Sequence record: PP712906.1
Reading direction: 5' to 3' (one strand)
DNA length: 64,000 nucleotides
The notes below the pieces were generated by a model that was not told the DNA's origin, ran no database searches, and worked only from the letters and a program-made list of their open reading frames with translations. How positions within the stretch are numbered: the first letter of the stretch is position 1; each line of letters opens with the position of its first letter. Both the position numbers and the translations under genes were made by a program. Shown piece by piece: positions 27,436 through 35,398 of this stretch.

Positions 27436-28062
27436 TTAACCGTAGATTGCTTTGATGTTATCAAAGAATGCGCTTGATTTGTTCACTTTCGCAATGACAT
27501 ACCGAGCGTTAGTGCAAACTAGCGACTTAACATTGATGTTCTCTAGTTCAGATTTCGTTAGATTTGCGTTTTGCACAAGTGTTAGGATCTCACGAGCGTC
27601 GTCGCGTAGTGCAATAGATGCCAAATAACGAACCTGCTGCTTTGTTTCGAGATTCTTGAAGGCATCAATCGCATTCTGACCTGCGATAGCTACTGAAGCG
27701 CCTAGACCACGATTCAGTGCGCGAGTCAAAAGCTTCTCAAGACCAACAATCGGGTTTCGCGGTGTTCCACGCTGTGGAATATCAACTGAAAGCTTACCAC
27801 TGTTCTTCAGTGAGTATACGTGAACTTCTTTCGATCCGAACTTCTCAAAACGACATACGATAATCTCGTCTGATTTTTGAACGTTGTCTTGAACTCGACG
27901 GCGAAGTTGTTCGTTATATTCACCGCCATTCAGCGCATACACGATTTCAGCAACTGTTAGATCGCGTTTCGAAAGGAGTTCGATGATCGCAGGGCGAAAA
28001 TTAGTACGGCTAACAGTTTCGTTGTTTGCTAGTGCTTTGCGTACGATTTCAATATTTTTCAT
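27436..28062 (-). CDS. Early protein with a probable N-terminal winged helix-turn-helix (208 aa)
   Basis: RPAIIELLSKRDLTVAEIVYAL...LRRRVQDNV...KEVHVYSL pattern, GAGAGA leader. Confidence 0.65.
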   Translation of the reverse strand: MKNIEIVRKALANNETVSRTNFRPAIIELLSKRDLTVAEIVYALNGGEYNEQLRRRVQDNVQKSDEIIVCRFEKFGSKEVHVYSLKNSGKLSVDIPQRGTPRNPIVGLEKLLTRALNRGLGASVAIAGQNAIDAFKNLETKQQVRYLASIALRDDAREILTLVQNANLTKSELENINVKSLVCTNARYVIAKVNKSSAFFDNIKAIYG

Positions 28063-28078
28063 GATATAATTCTCTCAA

Positions 28079-28354
28079 TTAAATTTGTTTTTCGACGGGA
28101 ACTTGTGTTTCGTTGAAATACTTACCTGTATATTCAGTGTAAGCTTCGTGAAAGCTGTCAAGCTCATCATCTACAATAATCTGTTCGCCGGTTTCGAATG
28201 TATACATGATACAATCATATAAACCCGTGGCAGCATTGTACATTGGTTCAGTTGTGAATCTCACACCGCACGGCGTGAAAAGCTCAATTCTGACTTCAGG
28301 GACTGGTACTTGCTCTGCATTGTGTACTGCAAATGCTTGTTCTAATCTAGTCAT
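28079..28354 (-). CDS. Hypothetical early protein (91 aa)
   Basis: Start moved to the ATG after the AGAGAGCACATTATG leader. Confidence 0.65.
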   Translation of the reverse strand: MTRLEQAFAVHNAEQVPVPEVRIELFTPCGVRFTTEPMYNAATGLYDCIMYTFETGEQIIVDDELDSFHEAYTEYTGKYFNETQVPVEKQI

Positions 28355-28386
28355 AATGTGCTCTCTGTATTGTCTCAACGAAAACA

Positions 28387-28415
28387 AGTTTAGGTCAAGA
28401 CAATACTAATGTCAA
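28387..28415 (-). promoter_or_regulatory. sigma70-type early promoter
   Basis: Minus strand TTGACA-17 nt-TAAACT. Confidence 0.7.
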
Positions 28416-28904
28416 TTACTTTTTGCGCCATTTTGCAAGTTTTTCATCGTATTCACTGTGCTTCCACAAATCAAACACGATAGTACCGCTCTGAAACCAC
28501 CACACAAGTGAGATTGTATCATTCAGCTTAGGATCTTTAGGGTTCTTTCCTAAGTAAAGCTCAGTACTCGGGTGCGAGTGGTAGATTGCTTTTTTGACAG
28601 CGAACTTATATCCGCCTTCTGGCATACCAATTTCTTTCGGTGGGTAGATATTACCCAGATACGCTACTTGATATACTGTGTTTTTGAACACAACACGAGC
28701 CGAGTCAATATTGAAAAGCAAGTTTTGATACTTAGCAGCATTCGGGGCAATCTTCCATTTATTCTTAGGCTTGGTTTCGAGTAGTTTATCAATCTCGGGT
28801 TCTGGTATCAATTTACCGAGATTGTGATTTCCCCATTCTTCCTCAAGAGAAAGACTAATATGAATGCCGTAAAGCGTGTTTTCATATTCGTTAAATCGAA
28901 GCAT
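28416..28904 (-). CDS. Hypothetical protein, candidate internal head protein (162 aa)
   Basis: Starts MLRFNEY...LSLEE. Last gene of the minus-strand late unit that contains the inh-like gene. Confidence 0.65.
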   Translation of the reverse strand: MLRFNEYENTLYGIHISLSLEEEWGNHNLGKLIPEPEIDKLLETKPKNKWKIAPNAAKYQNLLFNIDSARVVFKNTVYQVAYLGNIYPPKEIGMPEGGYKFAVKKAIYHSHPSTELYLGKNPKDPKLNDTISLVWWFQSGTIVFDLWKHSEYDEKLAKWRKK

Positions 28905-28908
28905 GTTG

Positions 28909-29415
28909 TTACCTCAGATAAGTGAAGCTATTTGAATTGCGTTCATGAACTAACAATTCACCGCGAAGCTTAACCCAATGTTCAATTGTCTTTAGATCGT
29001 GCGAGTCTCGACGACCGATGTGCCAATCATGAATGATTTCAGCCGATAACGGTTGATATAATTCATCACCGCGACGATATGTAGGCATCCATTTAGGTTT
29101 GAATTCATCTTCGACCTTAATCGCATCAACTGGATCGACTAGAACTACGTCAACACGTTCTAAATGCTCGTGAGATTCAACGTCAACGAATTCAGTGTCT
29201 TTGGCATCTGATTCATCGACTAAATCACAACGAGTCTCAGAATCAATTACAGCGCATTCTAGCGGTACTTCGGTTTGAGATACGATTTCATGAGCGATAA
29301 GCTCTTCGATCATTTTGCTCTTGGTAAGTGATTTGTCAAGTTCGATGTCATAATGTTTCAACGCGAATTCAGCGACAGCTCGCTTAGTCTGTTTCTTTAG
29401 ATATTCAGTAATCAT
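28909..29415 (-). CDS. inh: Inh-family protein, copy B, in the T4-syntenic position opposite uvsW (168 aa)
   Basis: VAEFALKHYDIELDKSLTKSKMIEEL and C-terminal IEHWVKLRGELLVHERNSNSFTYLR. Start after AAGGA. Confidence 0.7.
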   Translation of the reverse strand: MITEYLKKQTKRAVAEFALKHYDIELDKSLTKSKMIEELIAHEIVSQTEVPLECAVIDSETRCDLVDESDAKDTEFVDVESHEHLERVDVVLVDPVDAIKVEDEFKPKWMPTYRRGDELYQPLSAEIIHDWHIGRRDSHDLKTIEHWVKLRGELLVHERNSNSFTYLR

Positions 29416-29423
29416 ATTATTCC

Positions 29424-29630
29424 TTAGCAATTAATAGTGACCCATTCGTTTTGGTTCAAGTCAAAGAATGTCAGAGTATCGACACAACGTTCATTCTTCC
29501 TCATTTCTTCGCGATTCGTTTCAAGAACAGGCAAATAATGCTTGCACAATGTGGCGTGATATTGGCACCCGTCGCGTTCTAATTTAAGACATCCTTGCGT
29601 CATACAGGACATCATTTCTTCTCGTGTCAT
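29424..29630 (-). CDS. Hypothetical protein (68 aa)
   Basis: ORF with a GAGG site directly after a minus-strand late promoter. Confidence 0.6.
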   Translation of the reverse strand: MTREEMMSCMTQGCLKLERDGCQYHATLCKHYLPVLETNREEMRKNERCVDTLTFFDLNQNEWVTINC

Positions 29631-29643
29631 GATTTTAGACCTC

Positions 29644-29669
29644 TATAAATACAGTTATACATATTTAGA
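29644..29669. promoter_or_regulatory. Crossed pair of late promoters: TATAAATA (+, 29644-29651) for uvsW and TCTAAATA (-, 29662-29669) for the inh unit
   Basis: Both motifs lie in the 63-nt intergenic gap. Confidence 0.75.
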
Positions 29670-29693
29670 CAAAACTCGCATAGAGAGAAAAAC

Positions 29694-31217
29694 ATGACAG
29701 ATATTAAAATTGAGTACTTCGATGAGAGTTATGCGAGAGTCGTAGCCGAGCCAAGCATTACTCATGAAATGATTGATTACTTTTCATTTCTAACTGACGG
29801 GTACAAATTCAACCCTAAATTTAAAATGGGCATATGGGATGGCAAGATTCGACTAATGACGTATCAAGGTCTATTACCATACGGTCTAGTCGGTCAAGCT
29901 AAAGCGTTTGCATCAAACATGATGTACACGATTGAAACTGATCCACTACTTGATCCGATTGAGAAAATTTCTCGTGAAGATTTTGAAGCATGGGTTGCTT
30001 CTCTTGATATTTACGGTGGCAGCAATAAAATTAGCCCGTACTGGTATCAAATGGATTCAGTATTTCACGGTATTAACAATCAGCACAGCCTTTTGAATCT
30101 ACCAACATCTGCGGGTAAGTCGCTGATTCAGTCACTTTTGACACGTTGGTTTTTAGAAAATCACGAAGCTCAGAAAGTGTTGATTATCGTCCCAACGACT
30201 GCACTAGTTCAGCAAATGCGTGACGACTTTTTAGACTATCGCTTGTTTGAACATGGTGACATATATCAAATTCGAGGTGGCGTAGATAGAGACGCAATCG
30301 GAGATTGTCGTATTGTTGTTTCAACATGGCAATCGGCTGTTAAGCAAGATAAAGCATGGTTCGATCAGTTCGGTATGCTTCTAGTCGATGAATGTCACTT
30401 AGCAACGGGTAAGTCGCTTGACGGCATCATCAAAAAAATGACCAGTTGTGAATACAAAATCGGTCTTACTGGTTCACTTAGAGACGGTAAAGCTAATATT
30501 CTACAGTACGTGGGTTCATTTGGTGATATTTTCAGACCTGTATCGACTGCACAGCTAATGGAAGAAGGGCAAGTAACTGATCTGAAGATCAATTGCTTGA
30601 TGCTTGAATATCCTCAGCCACTACGTGATGAAATGAAAGGCAGTTCATATCAAGAAGAAATGAAATTCATTCTTGAGAACAAACAGCGAAATCGTTACCT
30701 GATTAAGCTTGCTCATCATCTGAGTGCTAAGAAAGGCGAGAACACGCTATTACTGTTCAAGAACATCAAACATGGTAAATTGCTTTACGAAGCATTGAAG
30801 AAAGTATACGACCCTGAGAAAGTGTTCTACGTATCAGGTGAAACTAAGACTGACGACCGTACACATGTTAAGAAAATTGCAGAAGATATTGACGGGGCAG
30901 TTATTGTCGCATCATACGGTGTATTCTCGACTGGTATCAGTATCAAGAAACTACACAACGTAATTTTCGCACACCCGACAAAGAGTAAGATCATCAACTT
31001 ACAGTCGATTGGTCGTATTCTACGTAAGCACGGTTCGAAAGTTACTGCGAAGCTGTTTGACATTATCGACAACTTAGCGATCAAGCCGAAACGAGCTAAC
31101 GCTAAGAAGCCGTATACGCATGTCAATTATACTATGAAGCATGGGATGCAGCGTATTGAGCTTTACAACCAAGAAGAGTTCAAGTACGCAGTCAAAAAAG
31201 TTGACCTTGCTGCATAA
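29694..31217 (+). CDS. uvsW: SF2 DNA/RNA-DNA helicase UvsW
   Basis: YWYQMD Q-motif, LPTSAGKS Walker A, LVDECH, GLTGSL, FSTGISIKKLHNVIF, LQSIGRILR. Confidence 0.97.
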   Translation: MTDIKIEYFDESYARVVAEPSITHEMIDYFSFLTDGYKFNPKFKMGIWDGKIRLMTYQGLLPYGLVGQAKAFASNMMYTIETDPLLDPIEKISREDFEAWVASLDIYGGSNKISPYWYQMDSVFHGINNQHSLLNLPTSAGKSLIQSLLTRWFLENHEAQKVLIIVPTTALVQQMRDDFLDYRLFEHGDIYQIRGGVDRDAIGDCRIVVSTWQSAVKQDKAWFDQFGMLLVDECHLATGKSLDGIIKKMTSCEYKIGLTGSLRDGKANILQYVGSFGDIFRPVSTAQLMEEGQVTDLKINCLMLEYPQPLRDEMKGSSYQEEMKFILENKQRNRYLIKLAHHLSAKKGENTLLLFKNIKHGKLLYEALKKVYDPEKVFYVSGETKTDDRTHVKKIAEDIDGAVIVASYGVFSTGISIKKLHNVIFAHPTKSKIINLQSIGRILRKHGSKVTAKLFDIIDNLAIKPKRANAKKPYTHVNYTMKHGMQRIELYNQEEFKYAVKKVDLAA

Positions 31218-31225
31218 TAGATACG

Positions 31226-31253
31226 AAAAAGGGAGCAAATTGCTCCCTTTTTT
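31226..31253. terminator. Bidirectional terminator
   Basis: AAAAAGGGAGCAA-A-TTGCTCCCTTTTTT between convergent genes. Confidence 0.9.
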
Positions 31254-31254
31254 A

Positions 31255-31365
31255 TTAGTCAGAAAAGATTGCCGAGAGAATCGCACCGATTAACTCGAAC
31301 AGAAATTCAAATGGCGCCCAGAGCCAGTCGAAAAACCCACGATCTCGTTTACGATCTCTGCTCAT
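31255..31365 (-). CDS. Small membrane peptide (36 aa, absent from the ORF track)
   Basis: MSRDRKRDRGFFDWLWAPFEFLFELIGAILSAIFSD*. AAGG site, and it fills the gap to the terminator exactly. Confidence 0.6.
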   Translation of the reverse strand: MSRDRKRDRGFFDWLWAPFEFLFELIGAILSAIFSD

Positions 31366-31369
31366 ACCT

Positions 31370-31540
31370 TTACCCGTTTAGAAGTTGTGTTTCGACAAGT
31401 TGCTGATCGCCGCCAGATTCAGAAATAGCCATTTCTGCTAGATGTTGCTGACATTGACCTGCGTGAACTGTGCCTTGTGGCGTATCAATCGTGACATCGC
31501 CTTCTTTGATAGGTTGCTTGCATACAACACAATGTGCCAT
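31370..31540 (-). CDS. uvsY.-2: UvsY.-2-like small protein (56 aa)
   Basis: MAHCVVCKQPI...TPQGTVHAGQC...ISES...LVETQLLNG matches the T4 UvsY.-2 pattern. Start corrected from the track. Confidence 0.8.
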   Translation of the reverse strand: MAHCVVCKQPIKEGDVTIDTPQGTVHAGQCQQHLAEMAISESGGDQQLVETQLLNG

Positions 31541-31713
31541 TAGTCTAACCCCGATTTTGTAAGTGATTGGTAGAGTGCGAAGTCGTTGACTTGCAATGAG
31601 CCATTCAATTCCCACTCGTCGTTTAGTAGCTCTTGCACCTCTTCTTCGAATTCATCTGCGAACTCATGACGCCGAGATACTACTTTGTATTTATGTCTAA
31701 GCCAGTTCTGCAT
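31540..31713 (-). CDS. Small hypothetical protein, DUF1737-like (57 aa, absent from the ORF track)
   Basis: MQNWLRHKYKVVSRRHEFADEFEEEVQELLNDEWELNGSLQVNDFALYQSLTKSGLD*. TAATG coupling to the next gene. Confidence 0.65.
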   Translation of the reverse strand: MQNWLRHKYKVVSRRHEFADEFEEEVQELLNDEWELNGSLQVNDFALYQSLTKSGLD

Positions 31714-31714
31714 A

Positions 31715-32128
31715 CTACATACCTATTGCTAGTTTGAATAGAGCAGACGCTTTACCACCATCGAAAACTTTACCTGTAGCCTTTAGAGCGCCCATTAGTT
31801 TGCCCATATCACGCATAGAATCTGCACCAGTTTCTAGCACGAAGTTAGAAACAAACGTGTCTAGCTCTGAATCAGATATTTTTGCTGGTAGCAAAGACTC
31901 AAGAACAGCGTTTTCAGCGTTCAGAATGTCAACATGGTCGCCCTGTGCGTGTTCAAGTGCGAGTTTGTTGTTGTCGATTGCGCTTGAGATCACTTTGATG
32001 CAAGATTCATCATCGTGTTTTTGACGACGGTCAAGTTCACCCATAATGACACCCAAGACAGACGCAACTGCGTTGTTGCGGTCTTTACGAGCTTGTAGGC
32101 GTGTTGCTTTGATTGTTTCGATGATCAT
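31715..32128 (-). CDS. YqeY/GatB-domain protein (137 aa)
   Basis: ARKDRN...ENAVLESLLPAKISDSEL...GADSMRDMGKLMGALK...DGGKAS. Confidence 0.85.
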   Translation of the reverse strand: MIIETIKATRLQARKDRNNAVASVLGVIMGELDRRQKHDDESCIKVISSAIDNNKLALEHAQGDHVDILNAENAVLESLLPAKISDSELDTFVSNFVLETGADSMRDMGKLMGALKATGKVFDGGKASALFKLAIGM

Positions 32129-32538
32129 ACTATACCACTCTCAATTTTTCTATTATCAATAATGTGTTTAATTGTGAAGCCCATTTGGATAATGCCTTTC
32201 AAAGCTTCTTCGATGAAAGATAACACATCTTTCATGTGTTGAAAACGTGCAATCGCTAATTGAAGAGCCTCATCACCAGCGAGTGCGTATTTCATTTCAC
32301 TTTTTTCAACGATAAAATCACAAACTTCATCGTCATGCTTGCCGCTATAAAAGAGCCAGCGGTCTTTTCTCACTGCTTCCATTTTCATTTCAGCTTTAAT
32401 AAGAAGCTGTCTTGCATCGGCTCTATATGCAAGCCACTTTGCATGAAGTACTGGGATTCGAATGGCTGCTGTTTCTAGTGCAGTCGTATCGATCTTAACG
32501 TCTTCATGGTATTCTGCTTTTAAATCTTGTAACTTCAT
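32125..32538 (-). CDS. uvsY: Recombination mediator UvsY (137 aa)
   Basis: DVKIDTTAL...IPVLHAKW...RWLFYSGK...EKSEMKYALAGD...GFTIKHII. Start at MKLQ. Confidence 0.93.
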   Translation of the reverse strand: MKLQDLKAEYHEDVKIDTTALETAAIRIPVLHAKWLAYRADARQLLIKAEMKMEAVRKDRWLFYSGKHDDEVCDFIVEKSEMKYALAGDEALQLAIARFQHMKDVLSFIEEALKGIIQMGFTIKHIIDNRKIESGIV

Positions 32539-32558
32539 ATAATACCCTCGCTTCATCA

Positions 32559-32587
32559 AGTATACATATCAAACGGGTTTTTGTAAA
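32559..32587 (-). promoter_or_regulatory. sigma70-type promoter (GTTTA class) for uvsY
   Basis: Minus strand (G)TTTACA-17 nt-TATACT, like the T4 early consensus GTTTAC. Confidence 0.75.
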
Positions 32588-32588
32588 C

Positions 32589-32662
32589 ACGAATCTCACT
32601 AATACTTCTAATATCACTAAAAGCACTAATTCTACTAAGATGATGCGGAATTTTTCCGCCTC
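32589..32662 (-). repeat. 74-bp non-coding element, copy B
   Basis: Reverse complement matches 4495-4568 at 63/74 with no gaps. Five TTAG plus one TTCG at 9-bp period. Confidence 0.9.
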
Positions 32663-32682
32663 TTACCTTTTGCTTCGCGTAT

Positions 32683-32705
32683 AAAAAAAGCCCCGAAGGG
32701 CTTTC
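32683..32705 (-). terminator. Terminator after gene 35
   Basis: Minus strand AAAGCCC-TTCG-GGGCTTTTTTT. Confidence 0.9.
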
Positions 32706-35390
32706 TTATTGCATTGCGTAATCAATCGCAGTGATTGTGTCTTCATAGAAACAAGCAACTTTGACTTCAGACACGATAGGCAAAGCCCACATTGTCTGGC
32801 TTTCAGTTACAGATCCCTCATCACGATAGCGCAAGAACATCTTGGCGTGGTCTGATTTCCATCTGTAGAAGCTAACTGCGTTCGGTGTGTATGAACCAAC
32901 GCCTTTTGCTGTTAAGCTACTTGGATCATCTTCAGGGTTGTAAACGCCGAAGTAGTTTTCATATTTGTCTTGGAACGCTTGATGTTGAGCATCTGTCCAC
33001 GTATGCGGTAGAATGAATGCTTGCATCAGAATCCATTTTCCGTTAGCGGCTGGGAAGTTATCAACACGATCAATCGTTGCAAATGTTGAAGCATCTGTCC
33101 CGTCAGCTAATTTCAATGTGCTAAACGCATCAGCGCCATCTTTGACTCGACAACTAAAATGTAAATAACCCGCGTCTTTATCAATTGAGTTTACCCACAA
33201 TGACAAGAAGTATGGTCTTGTCGGGTCAATATTGATTTCAGACATTTCAATCATTGATTGTGTGCCTGTAGAGCGTGTGAAACACTTCTCGCCATTCGAA
33301 AGAACATAATTCCCCCAATGAACGTTATCTGTTTCTCTGACTGGCATATTGACATTCTCGTATAGATTCGAGTTCGAGTTGTATGCATTAAACCAGCTTG
33401 TGTCATTCACTACGTTGCCTGATATTGGTGAATTTACAATATCTTGAGCAGCTAGACCATTTATATTCGAAATCAAATGAGGAGTTCCGCTAGGAACTGC
33501 AAACCCGCCTTTGTAAACGAGTGCATAATCGAAGTACTCTTGGTCAAGATCTGACCAAACGCCAAATGTAACTGCACCTGCTGGGACTTGAACAAAAAAC
33601 TCTTGAGTTTCGAATAATTCCGATGACCCGAAGAAAATATTCTGCCTTGCAACTTCAGTGTTCACTGCATTGTACATTCTCAAGTTACACGACTTCGTAC
33701 CGCCACCGATAGCAGTAGTTCTATCAATACACGCTCTTACTTTGTAGATCAGGTATTGACCTTCAACAACACCGAAGTCAGATAGATTGTATCGAGTATC
33801 AACGGGTACCGTATCACGTGCTAGAAGCGCGTTTCCGAATCCTGCTGAACCGATTCCATCTTTGTCTTCGAATGCAGTATCAACAATGCTGTCGCCGTCT
33901 GACGGGTGGTCGAATATACATCGATCATATACAATACCTAAATCAGCACGACCGAATGCTGCATAACTGTAGCTGTATTGGCTGAAGTACGAACTTCCTC
34001 TATACTCGACGGGATTGTATTGATTAATTGCAGCATCAACCGCCACATCGCCGTACATCGAACCGTTCGATACGATGATGAATATTTCATTCGTCAGGTT
34101 ATTCAACGCATTGACGAAGTTTCCGCGTTCAGTTGAACTACTCAAAAGATACTTGCTGCTTGTTTTCACTGTCAAATCATCATTCATAATCAGAAGACGA
34201 ATTTGATATGCTTGTTTAGTTTCGGGCGTGAATAGACTAACATCATTCAAATAACATGATGCTAGATTCGAACTACCGTTTGCAACACCAGTAGCAACTA
34301 GACGATAATTGTTATTCGAGAACTCGCGAATGTGTCTAGCCGCAAGTTCATATTCACCTACTCGTGATCCTACAGGCGCATAGATCCACAATTCAGTTAC
34401 ATTGACTGTTTGTCCGGGACCTGGCGTAGAGCCGCCCGACGCAGCTTGCGCACCGATTGCATAATACCAGTTTGAGTGATTCACTGACCCATCAGCAAGT
34501 GAGTTTGAGCCTGTGTTGTACTCAATACCACCCCAATACTGAACGTCAGATTGGATTGAAATCGCTTCGTAGCCACGAACCCCACCAGTACGAGCATCAT
34601 AATCCCCTGTGTAGTTTTTAATCAACGGAGCATCGGAAATCATGAAGTTAGTCAACCAACGTTTTCCAGTTGGTAGTTTAGCAACATCTGACGTATACCC
34701 ACAATACCAGTACATATTACTTGTTGACAGAGTACTAGGCGTCGTGAAACGAGCATAATGACGCTTCCATAGAATCCCATCAACTATGCGTTCATTGCCT
34801 GCTGACTCAAACACATCACCCGGGATGTGACCTAGTGTATATGGGTTTGATGCACCGTCATACCAGCGAGAGTGAAACAGAGCTGCGGTATCATGATCAG
34901 TATCGACTTCATATCCAACCCAACATGACATTGTGTATGTTCGATTCGGGAGAAGTCGAGTTTGTGGAACTGAAAACACAATTTGATCGAAGATCGCCGC
35001 AGTTGGCTGCTCGACAACGTATTTTGATGACCCTGGGTTTTCTTTTTCAACAACGACCCATGAGCCTGTTTTTGTCGTTTGTTCAGTAACAAATTGACCT
35101 CCAGCCAAGTTACCGTTTGTCAGATACTGACCTACGCCTTTCGCTGCGAAGTTGTTACTTTGTTTCCAAATATTCGTAATGCCGACTTCAGGGTAATGCA
35201 GCTTGAATTGGAATTTACCGTCCTCACGACGAAATTCTTCAAGTGAGTTTAACGCACTGAATTTGGCTTCAATGTCGGGATCCGTCCCGACACTTCTAGC
35301 CTCAGCATCGGAGGTGAAAAATACACCTCCTGTAGAATCATGGCGAAAGATTAGTAACCAATCGCCTTCACGTTTAAGTCTTTCGTACAT
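32706..35390 (-). CDS. 35: Enlarged long-tail-fibre hinge protein gp35 (894 aa) with fibrinogen-like, CBM-like and GG/ILEI-like domains
   Basis: Directly downstream of 34. WLLIFRHD...FKLHYP...WKQSNN and GYEAI...WGGI...DG...WYYAIG motifs. Central YRLVATG...FIIVSNG...YSYAAFG. Confidence 0.75.
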   Translation of the reverse strand: MYERLKREGDWLLIFRHDSTGGVFFTSDAEARSVGTDPDIEAKFSALNSLEEFRREDGKFQFKLHYPEVGITNIWKQSNNFAAKGVGQYLTNGNLAGGQFVTEQTTKTGSWVVVEKENPGSSKYVVEQPTAAIFDQIVFSVPQTRLLPNRTYTMSCWVGYEVDTDHDTAALFHSRWYDGASNPYTLGHIPGDVFESAGNERIVDGILWKRHYARFTTPSTLSTSNMYWYCGYTSDVAKLPTGKRWLTNFMISDAPLIKNYTGDYDARTGGVRGYEAISIQSDVQYWGGIEYNTGSNSLADGSVNHSNWYYAIGAQAASGGSTPGPGQTVNVTELWIYAPVGSRVGEYELAARHIREFSNNNYRLVATGVANGSSNLASCYLNDVSLFTPETKQAYQIRLLIMNDDLTVKTSSKYLLSSSTERGNFVNALNNLTNEIFIIVSNGSMYGDVAVDAAINQYNPVEYRGSSYFSQYSYSYAAFGRADLGIVYDRCIFDHPSDGDSIVDTAFEDKDGIGSAGFGNALLARDTVPVDTRYNLSDFGVVEGQYLIYKVRACIDRTTAIGGGTKSCNLRMYNAVNTEVARQNIFFGSSELFETQEFFVQVPAGAVTFGVWSDLDQEYFDYALVYKGGFAVPSGTPHLISNINGLAAQDIVNSPISGNVVNDTSWFNAYNSNSNLYENVNMPVRETDNVHWGNYVLSNGEKCFTRSTGTQSMIEMSEINIDPTRPYFLSLWVNSIDKDAGYLHFSCRVKDGADAFSTLKLADGTDASTFATIDRVDNFPAANGKWILMQAFILPHTWTDAQHQAFQDKYENYFGVYNPEDDPSSLTAKGVGSYTPNAVSFYRWKSDHAKMFLRYRDEGSVTESQTMWALPIVSEVKVACFYEDTITAIDYAMQ

Positions 35391-35398
35391 AAGTCACC

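Noticed and set aside
20599-32128. tRNA genes near cca or yqeY
   Set aside because: No cloverleaf with T-loop and D-loop consensus found in any intergenic gap. Any tRNA cluster must lie outside the window.
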